Shown here one piece after another: positions 7,898 to 17,960 of a stretch of DNA of 64,000 bases. A model generated the notes under the pieces. That model did not search any database and had not been told where the DNA came from. It worked only from the letters and a program-made list of their open reading frames with translations. Position 1 is the first letter of the stretch. Each line of letters begins with the position of its first letter. The position numbers and the translations under genes are program-made. The DNA is from a virus, in IMG/VR virus record IMGVR_UViG_3300020472_001862, positions 1 through 64,000 of that record; one strand, written 5' to 3'.

Positions 7898-9126
7898 TCG
7901 TTCCTACAAGTCCTACCTGATTTGTGTACGCCTTTATGTTTGCCGTCTAAGTGCTTTGTCTTTTTACAGGCTTTGATAAAAGCGTCTATTTCATTTTGTT
8001 TAGCTCTCTCAACTTCCCTTTCTTCTGCTACTATAAGGGCTTGTCGATTTTCCATTTTCTTTTTGTAGTCATCGTAGTCTGGTCTTTCCTGTGAATGTGC
8101 GTCCCACTCTAGAGCTGCCTCTTGTCCAATTTTACCTTCGAACGGACAAGGTGTTCCTGCCATTTCCATCGCTGCAAATACTCTAGCATCTTGACACATT
8201 AAGGATACAGCTGCTACTTTCATTCCCATATCATATACAGTTTTAGAAAGTTTAATCCTTTCACAGTTTTCATCTCTAACAGACTTACCAGCTGCTACAC
8301 CAAATAATTGTGTTTGTACTGCTCCACTAACACCTGTGGTACATAGATCTTGTGAGAAACTTGCTCCAATACTAGGTGCTATGGCACTAGGAGGAGGGCT
8401 TTTAATCTCTTGTTTAATAGTTTGATCTGTCTTGTTAATATTTTCATTTCTATTATTGTTCTCATTCTTGTTCGTGTTATTTGTTGTAACATTAGAATCA
8501 CTTGTACTTTCGTTCTTATTAACATTCGTGTTATTAGATGTTGAATTATTATTGTTATTATTAGTGTTCGTATTATTAGAATTACTATTAACAGTTTGAT
8601 TAACAGTTGAATTATTTGTGTTCGTATTATTAGCAGTACTATTTACTGTGCTATTATTGGTATTCGTGTTGTTGTTAGTATTCGTTGAATTACCAGTATA
8701 ATTCGTGGTGTTGTTATTCGTATTATTATTGGTATTGGTTGAAGTACCTGTGTAATTCGTGGTGTTATTGTTATTATTAGTATTCGTTGAAGTACCTGTG
8801 TAAACCGTGGTGTTGTTATTGGTGTTCGTATTGTTGTTCGTATTCGTATTCGTCGCTGTAGAAGTGTTCGTGTTCACATTCGTATTTGCGTTGGTGTTCG
8901 TATTCGTTGAAGTGTTGGTGTTCGTCGAAGTGTTCGTATTCGTGTTCGTGTTCGTGTTGGTATTCGTATTTGTGTTCGTATTCGTTCCTGTGGTTGTAGT
9001 CGTGGTACTTACAGATTCACAAAACTCTGTGCCTTGTGTACAGTTACCTGTTTGATCTGCATGTGCAGGAGTCGATAAGCCTAAAGCTCCAAACATAACA
9101 AATAGAGCCATATATTTTTTGTTCAT
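7876..9126 (-). CDS. secreted protein with long Asn/Thr repeat and Cys-rich C-terminal domain
   Basis: signal peptide ending AHA-D; about 180 aa of (NT)n/NNN; C-domain PPPSAIAPS...DLC...DENCERIK...MCQD...GTPCP. Confidence 0.85.
   Translation of the reverse strand: MNKKYMALFVMFGALGLSTPAHADQTGNCTQGTEFCESVSTTTTTTGTNTNTNTNTNTNTNTNTNTSTNTNTSTNTNTNANTNVNTNTSTATNTNTNNNTNTNNNTTVYTGTSTNTNNNNNTTNYTGTSTNTNNNTNNNTTNYTGNSTNTNNNTNTNNSTVNSTANNTNTNNSTVNQTVNSNSNNTNTNNNNNNSTSNNTNVNKNESTSDSNVTTNNTNKNENNNRNENINKTDQTIKQEIKSPPPSAIAPSIGASFSQDLCTTGVSGAVQTQLFGVAAGKSVRDENCERIKLSKTVYDMGMKVAAVSLMCQDARVFAAMEMAGTPCPFEGKIGQEAALEWDAHSQERPDYDDYKKKMENRQALIVAEEREVERAKQNEIDAFIKACKKTKHLDGKHKGVHKSGRTCRNEWAELNS
8440..9005 (-). 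repeat. (Asn-Thr)n low-complexity coding repeat
   Basis: TNTNTNTN runs and 3x TTxYTG(T/N)STNTNN; synonymous codons vary, so the repeat is kept at protein level. Confidence 0.9.
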
Positions 9127-9201
9127 TGATGTTTTTCCTCAAATAAATGTCAACTCAAAACAAAAAATAATTTAATCATAACCTCGGTTAGTGTTCCTAC
9201 T

Positions 9202-9209
9202 TATTTATA
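9202..9209 (-). promoter_or_regulatory. T4-type late promoter for the leftward envelope module
   Basis: TATTTATA on + equals TATAAATA on -. Confidence 0.7.
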
Positions 9210-9307
9210 AGATCTGGTCCTTTATAATACCAATATAACACACATATAAGCACCTGGCCTTATAAATCACTATGTGATGGATATTAAGGGCTACTCTAAA
9301 CAGCACT

Positions 9308-9315
9308 TATAAATA
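9308..9315 (+). promoter_or_regulatory. T4-type late promoter for the enzyme operon
   Basis: exact TATAAATA upstream of 9337. Confidence 0.7.
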
Positions 9316-9336
9316 TCTTAGTAATAGGAACAGAGA

Positions 9337-9642
9337 GTGAAAGGCAGAATAGCGTTAACCTTCTTTCTTATGGTGATATTTTTTTGGTCTTGGCCCGTTC
9401 GCCTCTTTACTAAAAAGAACAACTGTTATTTTTGGACATTAGAAAAACTAATAACAAAAGGCGGTCGTGCTAAGTGGTATCCTTCCAAACGATGGGCAGG
9501 GTATCATGTAATCTGGATCTCACCTGAGGGAGAGCAACTTGAATATACACTTCCCAGAATGAGGAGGGACACACCATGGTACAAAATGCTATTTTACAAT
9601 GGATCTGTTCGTAGATTTAGAACAACACGGAAAGATCAATGA
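9337..9642 (+). CDS. hypothetical basic membrane-associated protein
   Basis: GTG start with AGGA SD, N-terminal hydrophobic segment, ATGA overlap with the next gene. Confidence 0.65.
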   Translation: MKGRIALTFFLMVIFFWSWPVRLFTKKNNCYFWTLEKLITKGGRAKWYPSKRWAGYHVIWISPEGEQLEYTLPRMRRDTPWYKMLFYNGSVRRFRTTRKDQ

Positions 9643-10382
9643 GGAAGGCAGTATTAAAACAAAATAAGTCTTGGGCGCCCATCACACTTCTAGCTGGACA
9701 GCTTATCGCTCAGGTTACTGCCATCCTCTCTTTATTTTTAATTGACTGGACGGCATCTACAATAGCAATATCCTTATTTGTCTATATAAGCATTATGTTA
9801 GGCATAACAATGGGTTATCATAGATATTATTCTCACAAAGCATTTAAGATGCCTAAATGGATTGAATACTATCTATTATTCTTTGCACACATTGCTATGT
9901 TTGGCCCAGCAATAACATGGGTAGCCAATCATAGAGAACATCACAAGTATGTAGACACAGAAAAAGATCCACATAGTCCTCACTACCGTGGTTGGTTAAT
10001 GGCATACGCAGGACAAGTTCTTATTGATATAGACTTTAAACTTGTCAGAGATTTATTAAAAGACAACCTACACAGAATGCAAGTTAAATATTATTGGCAT
10101 GTTATAATAGTATATGCAGCTATATTATTTAGTATAAATCCTATGTTACTAATATATGCCTGGTTAGTTCCAGCAGGCTTTGCTAAACTTATAGGTTCAC
10201 TAGTATTCACATATTCTCATAGAGGTAAGAAGGCAAATAGTGATACATGGGTAGGCATTATAACATTAGGTGAAGGTTTCCACGATAAACATCATGTCAA
10301 TGCTCGTACAGCATTATGGCATCCGTTAGATCTTGGTGGCCAACTTATTAGAATGATTGATTCAAATGCTAAAATACAATAA
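9639..10382 (+). CDS. membrane fatty acid desaturase (delta-9-like)
   Basis: His boxes HRYYSH, HREHH and HDKHH; DTEKDPHSP; TM helices. Confidence 0.9.
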   Translation: MRKAVLKQNKSWAPITLLAGQLIAQVTAILSLFLIDWTASTIAISLFVYISIMLGITMGYHRYYSHKAFKMPKWIEYYLLFFAHIAMFGPAITWVANHREHHKYVDTEKDPHSPHYRGWLMAYAGQVLIDIDFKLVRDLLKDNLHRMQVKYYWHVIIVYAAILFSINPMLLIYAWLVPAGFAKLIGSLVFTYSHRGKKANSDTWVGIITLGEGFHDKHHVNARTALWHPLDLGGQLIRMIDSNAKIQ

Positions 10383-11037
10383 ACGACATTATCCAGCAAT
10401 AGCAGAAATAGACGTCAAATTAGATTATAATTTAATAGAAGATTTTCTTTGGGAAAACTATGATCGCTGGCAAGATAATATAACAGCACATAAAGGGCTT
10501 GCCATTGCCTCTAATCACATTGCTAATGATACATACAAGGCAGTTCAACACTTTCATCTAACAGAATGTAATAAAAATGAACCGTTAGGAGAGGCACAAG
10601 AATACTCTACAAAAAACAAATTAAAAAGAAACATTCCTTATTCAATGGACGAACATAATTGGGACGAGCCTGTTGATTTCTACAAAGGAACAAAATTACA
10701 AACACATTTAAACTCTGCCTTTCAGGATAAACTAATACGAGTTAGATATTCTCGTATGTTTCCTGGAGGCGTAGTTCCTAAGCATATTGATTACAATACA
10801 ACTTATGCTATGAGATTTATTATTCCTATATCAGGTAACAAAGGAGTTACAAATACCTTTTGGTATAATGGAGAAGAAATAAAGGTTGAAATGAAGGAGA
10901 AAAGATGTTATTTTCTTAATATAGGATATGCACATATGGTTGAACACCAGGGTATGGGCATACGACATTATTTAATGGGGAGCGTTGCAGGACAACGAGA
11001 TTTTGAATGTATAAGATTTACAACCGAGAAGAATTAG
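10366..11037 (+). CDS. 2OG-Fe(II) oxygenase, Asp/Asn beta-hydroxylase-like
   Basis: RVRYSRMFPGGVVPKHID...RFIIPI...YFLNIGYAHMVEH...R (HxD...H...R). Confidence 0.75.
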   Translation: MLKYNKRHYPAIAEIDVKLDYNLIEDFLWENYDRWQDNITAHKGLAIASNHIANDTYKAVQHFHLTECNKNEPLGEAQEYSTKNKLKRNIPYSMDEHNWDEPVDFYKGTKLQTHLNSAFQDKLIRVRYSRMFPGGVVPKHIDYNTTYAMRFIIPISGNKGVTNTFWYNGEEIKVEMKEKRCYFLNIGYAHMVEHQGMGIRHYLMGSVAGQRDFECIRFTTEKN

Positions 11038-11597
11038 AATCAAGAGGCATTCTAGGCGTCATTGATATAATTATTAATCAAGCATACGAAGAAGGTAACG
11101 GTGAAACCTTTGATAATAAGTATCACCCTTACGAATCTCCAGGAGAGACTTTTGTAGCATTGTGGGAAGGCAGGCCTGCTGGTTTAGTTTCATGTGAACC
11201 TAGTGTTTATACAGGAGATCCTGACATAGCTGCAAGAGCTTGTCGGTTACATGTATTAAAAGATTATAGAGCAAAACAAATAGGTTTTGGACTTCTAGAC
11301 ACATGTTATAACTATTGCATAGATAAATATAAGGTATTGTATATAACACATGATGTCAATTCTAAAGCAATGAATGCTATCTATCAAAAGAAAAAGATGT
11401 CGTTATTTAAAGGTGCCTCTAGAAATCCTTATGAGTTAGAGGCTTGGAAAAAATTAGAATGGAATAAAGAGTATTTGTTTAAAGTAGATCCTACAGCAGA
11501 GTTTTATCAGAACATATACCAAATCATTCTAGAGGAGGGGTTTCGTTGGAATCCTAAAACTAATGTGGTAGATTTTAATGACATTCGTAGTCGATGA
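11007..11597 (+). CDS. GNAT-family acyltransferase
   Basis: [18 protein letters not shown] acetyl-CoA motif A. Confidence 0.7.
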   Translation: MYKIYNREELESRGILGVIDIIINQAYEEGNGETFDNKYHPYESPGETFVALWEGRPAGLVSCEPSVYTGDPDIAARACRLHVLKDYRAKQIGFGLLDTCYNYCIDKYKVLYITHDVNSKAMNAIYQKKKMSLFKGASRNPYELEAWKKLEWNKEYLFKVDPTAEFYQNIYQIILEEGFRWNPKTNVVDFNDIRSR

Positions 11598-11910
11598 TAA
11601 ATGTGTAGATTGTAAACATACAACTTGCGTTACAGTATGTCCTGTAGATTGTTTCTATGAAGGACCTAACATGCTTGTTATTAATCCAGACGAATGTATA
11701 GACTGTGGATTATGTGAACCCGAATGTCCTGTTGATGCAATACTAAGTGAGGATGAGGCAGATCCTTATTGGACAGAAAAGAATGCAGAACTATGTTATA
11801 CAGAAGGTTGGGAAATGATAGACGAACAAAAGCCTCCAATGGAAGGACATGAAGAGGCAAGTAAAATAGAAGATAAAAAGGATAGGTTAATTACTCATGT
11901 TGCAATATGA
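11578..11910 (+). CDS. fdxA: 7Fe ferredoxin (FdxA family)
   Basis: [18 protein letters not shown]...[21 protein letters not shown]. Confidence 0.92.
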   Translation: MTFVVDDKCVDCKHTTCVTVCPVDCFYEGPNMLVINPDECIDCGLCEPECPVDAILSEDEADPYWTEKNAELCYTEGWEMIDEQKPPMEGHEEASKIEDKKDRLITHVAI

Positions 11911-12517
11911 CAATGAACAAATAATAGATTGGATGGAGGGTGTAAGAAAGCACCCTGATATGGTTAATGCTTTTTGGCCAAGTCAAATAAATTCTAAAAA
12001 CTGGTTATGTGACTGGGTTAAATCCTATTTGCCTAGCGCTAACAGAATAATAATTTTTGGATCTTGGTATGGTGTTTTAGCAGACATGTTAAAAATAAAA
12101 TTACCAAAATCTCAGATAATGTGTGTTGATAAAGACAAAGAACCTTTATTGTGGAGTGCGAGAAAACATGCTTATTGGCACGGTGATATGATTACATTTG
12201 AGTACGATACCCGTGTTGATTTAGTAATAAATACTAGTACAGAACATATGACACAATGGGAATATGATACCTGGTATAATAATATACCTGAAAATACATA
12301 TTTTATTGTACAAGGAAATAATCACTATGGTGAAAAAGATCATATAAGATCTTGTAGAAACTTAGATGAATTTAAAGAACTAAATAGAATTCAAAATTGT
12401 TTACATGGTGATGTTCTAGAGTATGAAGGTCCTTGGGACAAAATTAATAATGAGCCAACAGTATTACAAAGATACATGGCCATAGGTTTTAAAACACAAC
12501 ATGACAGAAAAGATTGA
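11897..12517 (+). CDS. class I SAM-dependent methyltransferase-like protein
   Basis: IIIFGSWYG motif I, VD after strand 2, [11 protein letters not shown]. Confidence 0.7.
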   Translation: MLQYDNEQIIDWMEGVRKHPDMVNAFWPSQINSKNWLCDWVKSYLPSANRIIIFGSWYGVLADMLKIKLPKSQIMCVDKDKEPLLWSARKHAYWHGDMITFEYDTRVDLVINTSTEHMTQWEYDTWYNNIPENTYFIVQGNNHYGEKDHIRSCRNLDEFKELNRIQNCLHGDVLEYEGPWDKINNEPTVLQRYMAIGFKTQHDRKD

Positions 12518-13982
12518 AGTAGAAGATATAACAGATAAGAGAGAAAATGATGATAGTCCTCATGCACAACATAACTTAGATGTTCATGATCCTAATGCTT
12601 ATTTTGATTTTTTAAAGAAGACAAGAGATGACATAAACAAAGTCAGCCCTTCTTTCTGTGCAGCTAAATGGACACAATCAACAATACTATTATATAGTGG
12701 TGAAACACATTCCTGCCACCACCCTTCCCGACATAAAATACAATTATCAGATATAAAAGACAATCCTAAAGGCTTGCACAATACTGAACACAAGATGTTG
12801 GCAAGAGAGGAGATGTTACAGGGCATACAAACAAAAGAATGTGATTATTGTTGGAGAGTAGAAAATCAAAATAAAGAACATATTAGTGATAGAATATATA
12901 AGTCATCATACTCTTGGTCTTTGCCTCATTTAAATAAAATAGAACAATCAGGTAGAGGTGAGAACTTTGATCCTACTTATGTAGAAGTAGCATTTGATAG
13001 TACATGTAACTTTAAATGTATCTATTGTAGTCCAGAAGCAAGTTCTAGATGGGAAGACGAAATAAGAAGACATGGAGACATGAAACAAACAGAGTTTAAT
13101 CTAAACAACTTAGATTGGTTAAAGTCTGTAGGTAAACTTCCCATACACCACAAAGAATACAATCCATATAAAGAGGCATTTTGGGAATGGTGGCCTGAAC
13201 TATATCCTAAATTAGAAACTTTTAGAATAACAGGAGGAGAGCCATTACTAAGTAAAGACACATGGAAAGTATTTGATTACATAAAAGAAAATCCTAATCC
13301 AGATCTTATTTTAGCAGTTAATACAAATAACAATGTTCCAGACAAAATGGCAGACAGACTTATTACTAATATAAATGAGATGCAAGACAATATAAAATAT
13401 TTTGACATATACACTTCATTTGAGAACACAGGCAAACAAGCAGAGTATACAAGAGAAGGTATGGTATATGATGAGTTTATAGACAACTGTTACAAAATAT
13501 TAGACAACACACCTAACTCTACAAGAATACATTTTATGACAACAATTAATCTTACAAGTGCTCCTAGCTTGTTAGGATTTCTAGAAGAGATTAAAAAGAT
13601 GAGAGGAACAAAGGGTTCTGTTTATCAACCTACAAAGCATGTATTTAGAACTAGGTTAATGTTAAATTATTTAAGATGGCCTAGACCTTTAATGTTGTCT
13701 TTAATTAGTAAAGAAGATAAACAAAAATATGGTGACATATGGTTAGAATATATGCACGCAAACAAACTAACAGAAGCTAGAAAAGACGAAGAATGTTTTT
13801 ATTTAGAAGAGGTAGACCAAATGGAAAGGCTAGTAGAATTTATGCGCAATGATGAACAACCCGCCGTAGTATATGACGATATGCGCTTATATATAAAACA
13901 GTTGGATGAGAGACGCAACAAGAATTTCTGTGATACTTTTCCTGAATTAAGTTACTTAATGGACAGCGATTATTATGGATAA
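12501..13982 (+). CDS. radical SAM enzyme with N-terminal Twitch-like Cys domain (1 of 5)
   Basis: CNFKCIYC, TGGEP; N-terminal FCAAKW...SCHH...ECDYCW. Confidence 0.9.
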   Translation: MTEKIEVEDITDKRENDDSPHAQHNLDVHDPNAYFDFLKKTRDDINKVSPSFCAAKWTQSTILLYSGETHSCHHPSRHKIQLSDIKDNPKGLHNTEHKMLAREEMLQGIQTKECDYCWRVENQNKEHISDRIYKSSYSWSLPHLNKIEQSGRGENFDPTYVEVAFDSTCNFKCIYCSPEASSRWEDEIRRHGDMKQTEFNLNNLDWLKSVGKLPIHHKEYNPYKEAFWEWWPELYPKLETFRITGGEPLLSKDTWKVFDYIKENPNPDLILAVNTNNNVPDKMADRLITNINEMQDNIKYFDIYTSFENTGKQAEYTREGMVYDEFIDNCYKILDNTPNSTRIHFMTTINLTSAPSLLGFLEEIKKMRGTKGSVYQPTKHVFRTRLMLNYLRWPRPLMLSLISKEDKQKYGDIWLEYMHANKLTEARKDEECFYLEEVDQMERLVEFMRNDEQPAVVYDDMRLYIKQLDERRNKNFCDTFPELSYLMDSDYYG

Positions 13983-15345
13983 AACAGATCCTAAAAATTT
14001 AATTGAATATAGGGACATTACTCTAAACAGTAAGTCTCCGTCTTTCTGTGGAGCTAAGTGGGGTAACAGTACTATATGGTTACATAGTGGTAAAACTACA
14101 AGCTGTCATCACCCTAGACCACATGATATTAGCATAGAGGATATAGAAAAAGATCCTAGTATGTTACACAATACAAATTGGAAAATGGAACAGCGACGCT
14201 TAATGCAAGTAGGAGAAAGGCCTCGTGAATGTCAGTACTGTTGGAAAGTAGAAGACATGGGTCCTGATTTTGTTTCAGATAGAATATACAAGTCATTACA
14301 ATTTACACCTCAAGAAATGAGAAAGTGGGCAGAAGCACCTCATACAGAAAGAGTAGTGCCTCCTACTATTGAAGTTTCTTTTTCCAGAACATGTAACTTT
14401 GCCTGTAGTTATTGTAACGCAGACTTCAGTACAGAGTGGCGTAAAGACATTAAAAAGAATGGACGCTACGACATGGAAACAGAAGGAGGAAATGTATTTA
14501 GTATAGATGGCGACAAAAACAATCCTTACGAAAAATTAAAAGGAATGGAAAATCCTTATACAAAAGCCTGGTGGGAATGGTGGCCAGAACTTTCTAAAGG
14601 ATTAAGAACATTAAGAATAACCGGTGGTGAACCTTTAATGTCAGATGATGTTTGGAAACTTTTTGCTAGATGCAAAGAAGAAGGACATAAGTTTGAAGTA
14701 GGTTTAAATTCTAACTTAGGAGCAAAAGAAAAATTAATAGACAGACTTATAGAAGCATCATGGGGTATGCACAATCTTACTCTATTTACAAGTAATGAAA
14801 CAGTAGGTAAACAAGCAGAATATATTAGATGGGGATTAGACTACGACTATTGGTGTCACAACATGGAAAGAGTCTTCGAAGAATCTAATATCAGAAGAAC
14901 GGTTGTTATGATGACTATCAACGCATTGTGTTTGTTTGGAATTACAGACTTTTTAGATCAAATGATGGTGTGGAAAAATAAATACAAACATAAGAGTATT
15001 GGAATTAGTATTAACTTTTTAAGGTTCCCTGCATGTCAAGCTCTTATTACACTACCAGATGATATAAGAGAAAGATTGGCTAGTGAGATAGAAATGTGGT
15101 ACCACACAAATAAAACAGACAATATGTTAAACGCAATGGAAAAGGGAGACATAGAAAGATTAATTAACTATGTTAGGGTAGTTAAACAAGGACATGATTT
15201 TCATGATGATAACAAGGAAGCCAATGTAAGAGACTTCAAAAGATTTTATACACAATACGATATGAGAAGAGATAGAACAATAGAAGTATTCCCGGATTAT
15301 TTTTTAGATTGGTATAACGATATAGAGGCACCACATGTCGGATAA
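13975..15345 (+). CDS. radical SAM enzyme with N-terminal Twitch-like domain (2 of 5; close paralog of 1)
   Basis: CNFACSYC, TGGEP; FCGAKW...SCHH...ECQYCW...SDRIYKS. Confidence 0.9.
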   Translation: MDKTDPKNLIEYRDITLNSKSPSFCGAKWGNSTIWLHSGKTTSCHHPRPHDISIEDIEKDPSMLHNTNWKMEQRRLMQVGERPRECQYCWKVEDMGPDFVSDRIYKSLQFTPQEMRKWAEAPHTERVVPPTIEVSFSRTCNFACSYCNADFSTEWRKDIKKNGRYDMETEGGNVFSIDGDKNNPYEKLKGMENPYTKAWWEWWPELSKGLRTLRITGGEPLMSDDVWKLFARCKEEGHKFEVGLNSNLGAKEKLIDRLIEASWGMHNLTLFTSNETVGKQAEYIRWGLDYDYWCHNMERVFEESNIRRTVVMMTINALCLFGITDFLDQMMVWKNKYKHKSIGISINFLRFPACQALITLPDDIRERLASEIEMWYHTNKTDNMLNAMEKGDIERLINYVRVVKQGHDFHDDNKEANVRDFKRFYTQYDMRRDRTIEVFPDYFLDWYNDIEAPHVG

Positions 15346-16576
15346 AATACCGACTAAAGATATAAGCGGTGTTTACTGCCCGTTACCATTCAATCATATG
15401 AACTTACACCCTAACGGCAATGTTGGACTATGTTGTGTCTCAGAAATGTTTCCTCCTAATGATGGTTTTTATAGAGATAGAAACCCTCCAAGAGATATGA
15501 TGAACTTATCTAGGAATAGTGTTTCCGAGATGTGGCTAGACAGCAGTGTTGTAGATGCTAGAAATGAAATGTTACAAGGCATAAAACCAGCCGCTTGTCA
15601 TAACTGTTATAAGATTGAAGAAAGAGGTGGTAAGTCAAGAAGAAAAACAGAAATAGAAAGGTGGGGCCAAAACATATACAAACCAAGACTAGAGTTTTTA
15701 GATTTAAGAATGTCTAACTTATGTAACTCTAAATGTATGATGTGTAATCCAGATTCAAGTTCATCACTAGCAAAAGAATATAAACAATGGGAAAACAAAT
15801 TAGACTTTGTACAAGCAGATCCTAAAACATATCAAGAGTATCAATGGTTCAACGATGACAAAATAGAAGAAATATTAGAACATAAAGATACATTGAAGTA
15901 TATGTATATTAATGGTGGCGAGCCTTTTATGATGCCATTTCATTGGAAGTTTTTAGAAAGATTAATAGAAGAAGGTGTAGCAGAGAATATTCATATTAGT
16001 TACAACACAAACTGCTCCATGTTTGAAACATGGTATGATGACATTTGGAAACATTTTAAATATGTATCATTGGGTATGTCTGTAGATGGTGTAGACAAAG
16101 TTAATGAATGGATTAGAAAACCTGTAAAAGGAAATACATGGGAACAAATAGATGAACATGTTAATAAATTATTTTTTGAATGTCCCTCTTTATACGCAGT
16201 TAATATTACTAATACAGTACAATTTTTAAATGCTCCTTACTTAGATGAGTATTATGACTGGGCACAACCTATTGTAGACAAAAGATGTGAAGATCCTAAG
16301 TTAGGTATAGCAACTATCAATCAAAACTTTCTTGTATTTCCTCATTACCTATCTTTAAATTGTGCCTCACAAGAATGGAAACAAAATTTAAAACAACACC
16401 TACAAAGTTCTAAATATGCGAAACAAATATTAACACCCACAATGATTAGTTACTTAGACGCTAAAGATGAAAACGAACTTCTTTGGAATCAGGGTATGAA
16501 GTTCTTAGATACTGTAGAAGGAACAAGAAAATTAGGTCCTTGGAGAGACATATTCGATTATGACTACAAATTTTAA
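15335..16576 (+). CDS. radical SAM enzyme with N-terminal Twitch-like domain (3 of 5)
   Basis: CNSKCMMC, NGGEP; YCPLPF...LCC...CHNCY. Confidence 0.9.
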   Translation: MSDKIPTKDISGVYCPLPFNHMNLHPNGNVGLCCVSEMFPPNDGFYRDRNPPRDMMNLSRNSVSEMWLDSSVVDARNEMLQGIKPAACHNCYKIEERGGKSRRKTEIERWGQNIYKPRLEFLDLRMSNLCNSKCMMCNPDSSSSLAKEYKQWENKLDFVQADPKTYQEYQWFNDDKIEEILEHKDTLKYMYINGGEPFMMPFHWKFLERLIEEGVAENIHISYNTNCSMFETWYDDIWKHFKYVSLGMSVDGVDKVNEWIRKPVKGNTWEQIDEHVNKLFFECPSLYAVNITNTVQFLNAPYLDEYYDWAQPIVDKRCEDPKLGIATINQNFLVFPHYLSLNCASQEWKQNLKQHLQSSKYAKQILTPTMISYLDAKDENELLWNQGMKFLDTVEGTRKLGPWRDIFDYDYKF

Positions 16577-17960
16577 GAACAATAAATCCTTATGTATTTT
16601 TCCTTGGATAGAAAACTACCAAGGAAGTCGTTACGAAAGAAAATATTGTTGTATATCAGATGATTTAAAGGGATTAGAAAAAACAACAGAAGAAGAGTTT
16701 TTTAATTCTGTTTATATGAAAGAAACTCGATTAGATATGTTGGCAGGAACAAAGCGCCCTGAATGTCATGCTTGTTATCAAAACGAAGATAATAATATTT
16801 TGTCTCTAAGAGAGGAAGCAACATTTGAACAAGACGGTTCACTAAAAAACAATTTTGAGGAATTAGTGCAACATACAAAAGAAGATGGTTCTGTTGATAT
16901 GAAACCTAGTTACTACGATTCAAGAACAATACATTGTAATCTACAATGTGTTTCATGTGGTATAGTATATAGTTCACGACATATAGATTTATTTTTAGAA
17001 ATGTTTGGTAAGGATACTTTAGACAATGCCAGAGGTAATGGCGGTACACCAGGCAATCCTTTTAAAGTAGATAAGAAACATGAAGCACAAACTGCTAAAG
17101 AAATGGAAGCAGGATTAGAAGAAAAAAGAATAACAGGTTTCTATTGGGCAGGAGGAGAGCCGTTTATGTCTCCTGTACATTGGACAGTAATGGAAAAAAT
17201 CTTAGAATTAAAAGAGAAACCTGGTTATAAAGATTATATTGATAATTTAAGAATACATTATAATACAAACTTAACTAGAAGAGAGTGGAAAAGAAAACCT
17301 ATATCTCAAATATTAAACAAATACAAACATCTTAGAATAGAAGCAAGTTTAGATGGTACACATGAAACATTAGAGTATACAAGAGATGGTGCCATATGGA
17401 ATGAAATAGAAAACAACTGGCGAGAGTTTGCTGAAGCAGGTATTACAATGGAGGTTGCAAGTGTTTTAACAGCCCCTGTTATATTTGATGTAGATAGATA
17501 TATAGATTTCTTTGAGCAGTGGCCAGGTATGAGAATTGCAAATCATTTGTATATGATAAATCAACGAGATATAGGCATGCAAAGTACTTTAGATATATGT
17601 TTCTGGCCAGATCATATATTTTATCCCGCTATGGATAAAGCAGTAAATGCTTTTAAAAGGTCTTCTTTCTTTAACAAAGAAAAAACAATAGATATATTAA
17701 ATTACTATTATAAACAAAAAGAAGAACTAAAGGGCATATTTAATACCCCTAAGGTTTTAAGTGCTATAAAATCTAAAACAGTTTATAGAGATGAATATCA
17801 AAAAACAATATCTTTACCTGACTTGTTAGCAATAACACACCCCGAGGCAAGAGAGTGGTATCTTAATCTACCTTATAATATGGAAGATTATTTTGGCTAT
17901 CATGTAGACCTAGTAAGAGATAATATTAAATTAAAGAGCATACCCGTGAGGCAGATATAA
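16560..17960 (+). CDS. radical SAM enzyme with N-terminal Twitch-like domain (4 of 5)
   Basis: CNLQCVSC, AGGEP; LCIFPW...YCC...CHACY. Confidence 0.9.
   Translation: MTTNFKNNKSLCIFPWIENYQGSRYERKYCCISDDLKGLEKTTEEEFFNSVYMKETRLDMLAGTKRPECHACYQNEDNNILSLREEATFEQDGSLKNNFEELVQHTKEDGSVDMKPSYYDSRTIHCNLQCVSCGIVYSSRHIDLFLEMFGKDTLDNARGNGGTPGNPFKVDKKHEAQTAKEMEAGLEEKRITGFYWAGGEPFMSPVHWTVMEKILELKEKPGYKDYIDNLRIHYNTNLTRREWKRKPISQILNKYKHLRIEASLDGTHETLEYTRDGAIWNEIENNWREFAEAGITMEVASVLTAPVIFDVDRYIDFFEQWPGMRIANHLYMINQRDIGMQSTLDICFWPDHIFYPAMDKAVNAFKRSSFFNKEKTIDILNYYYKQKEELKGIFNTPKVLSAIKSKTVYRDEYQKTISLPDLLAITHPEAREWYLNLPYNMEDYFGYHVDLVRDNIKLKSIPVRQI

Noticed and set aside
8807-9055. 82-aa Val/Phe-repeat ORF on the + strand
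   Set aside because: Antisense shadow of the (Asn-Thr)n repeat; no SD or promoter.
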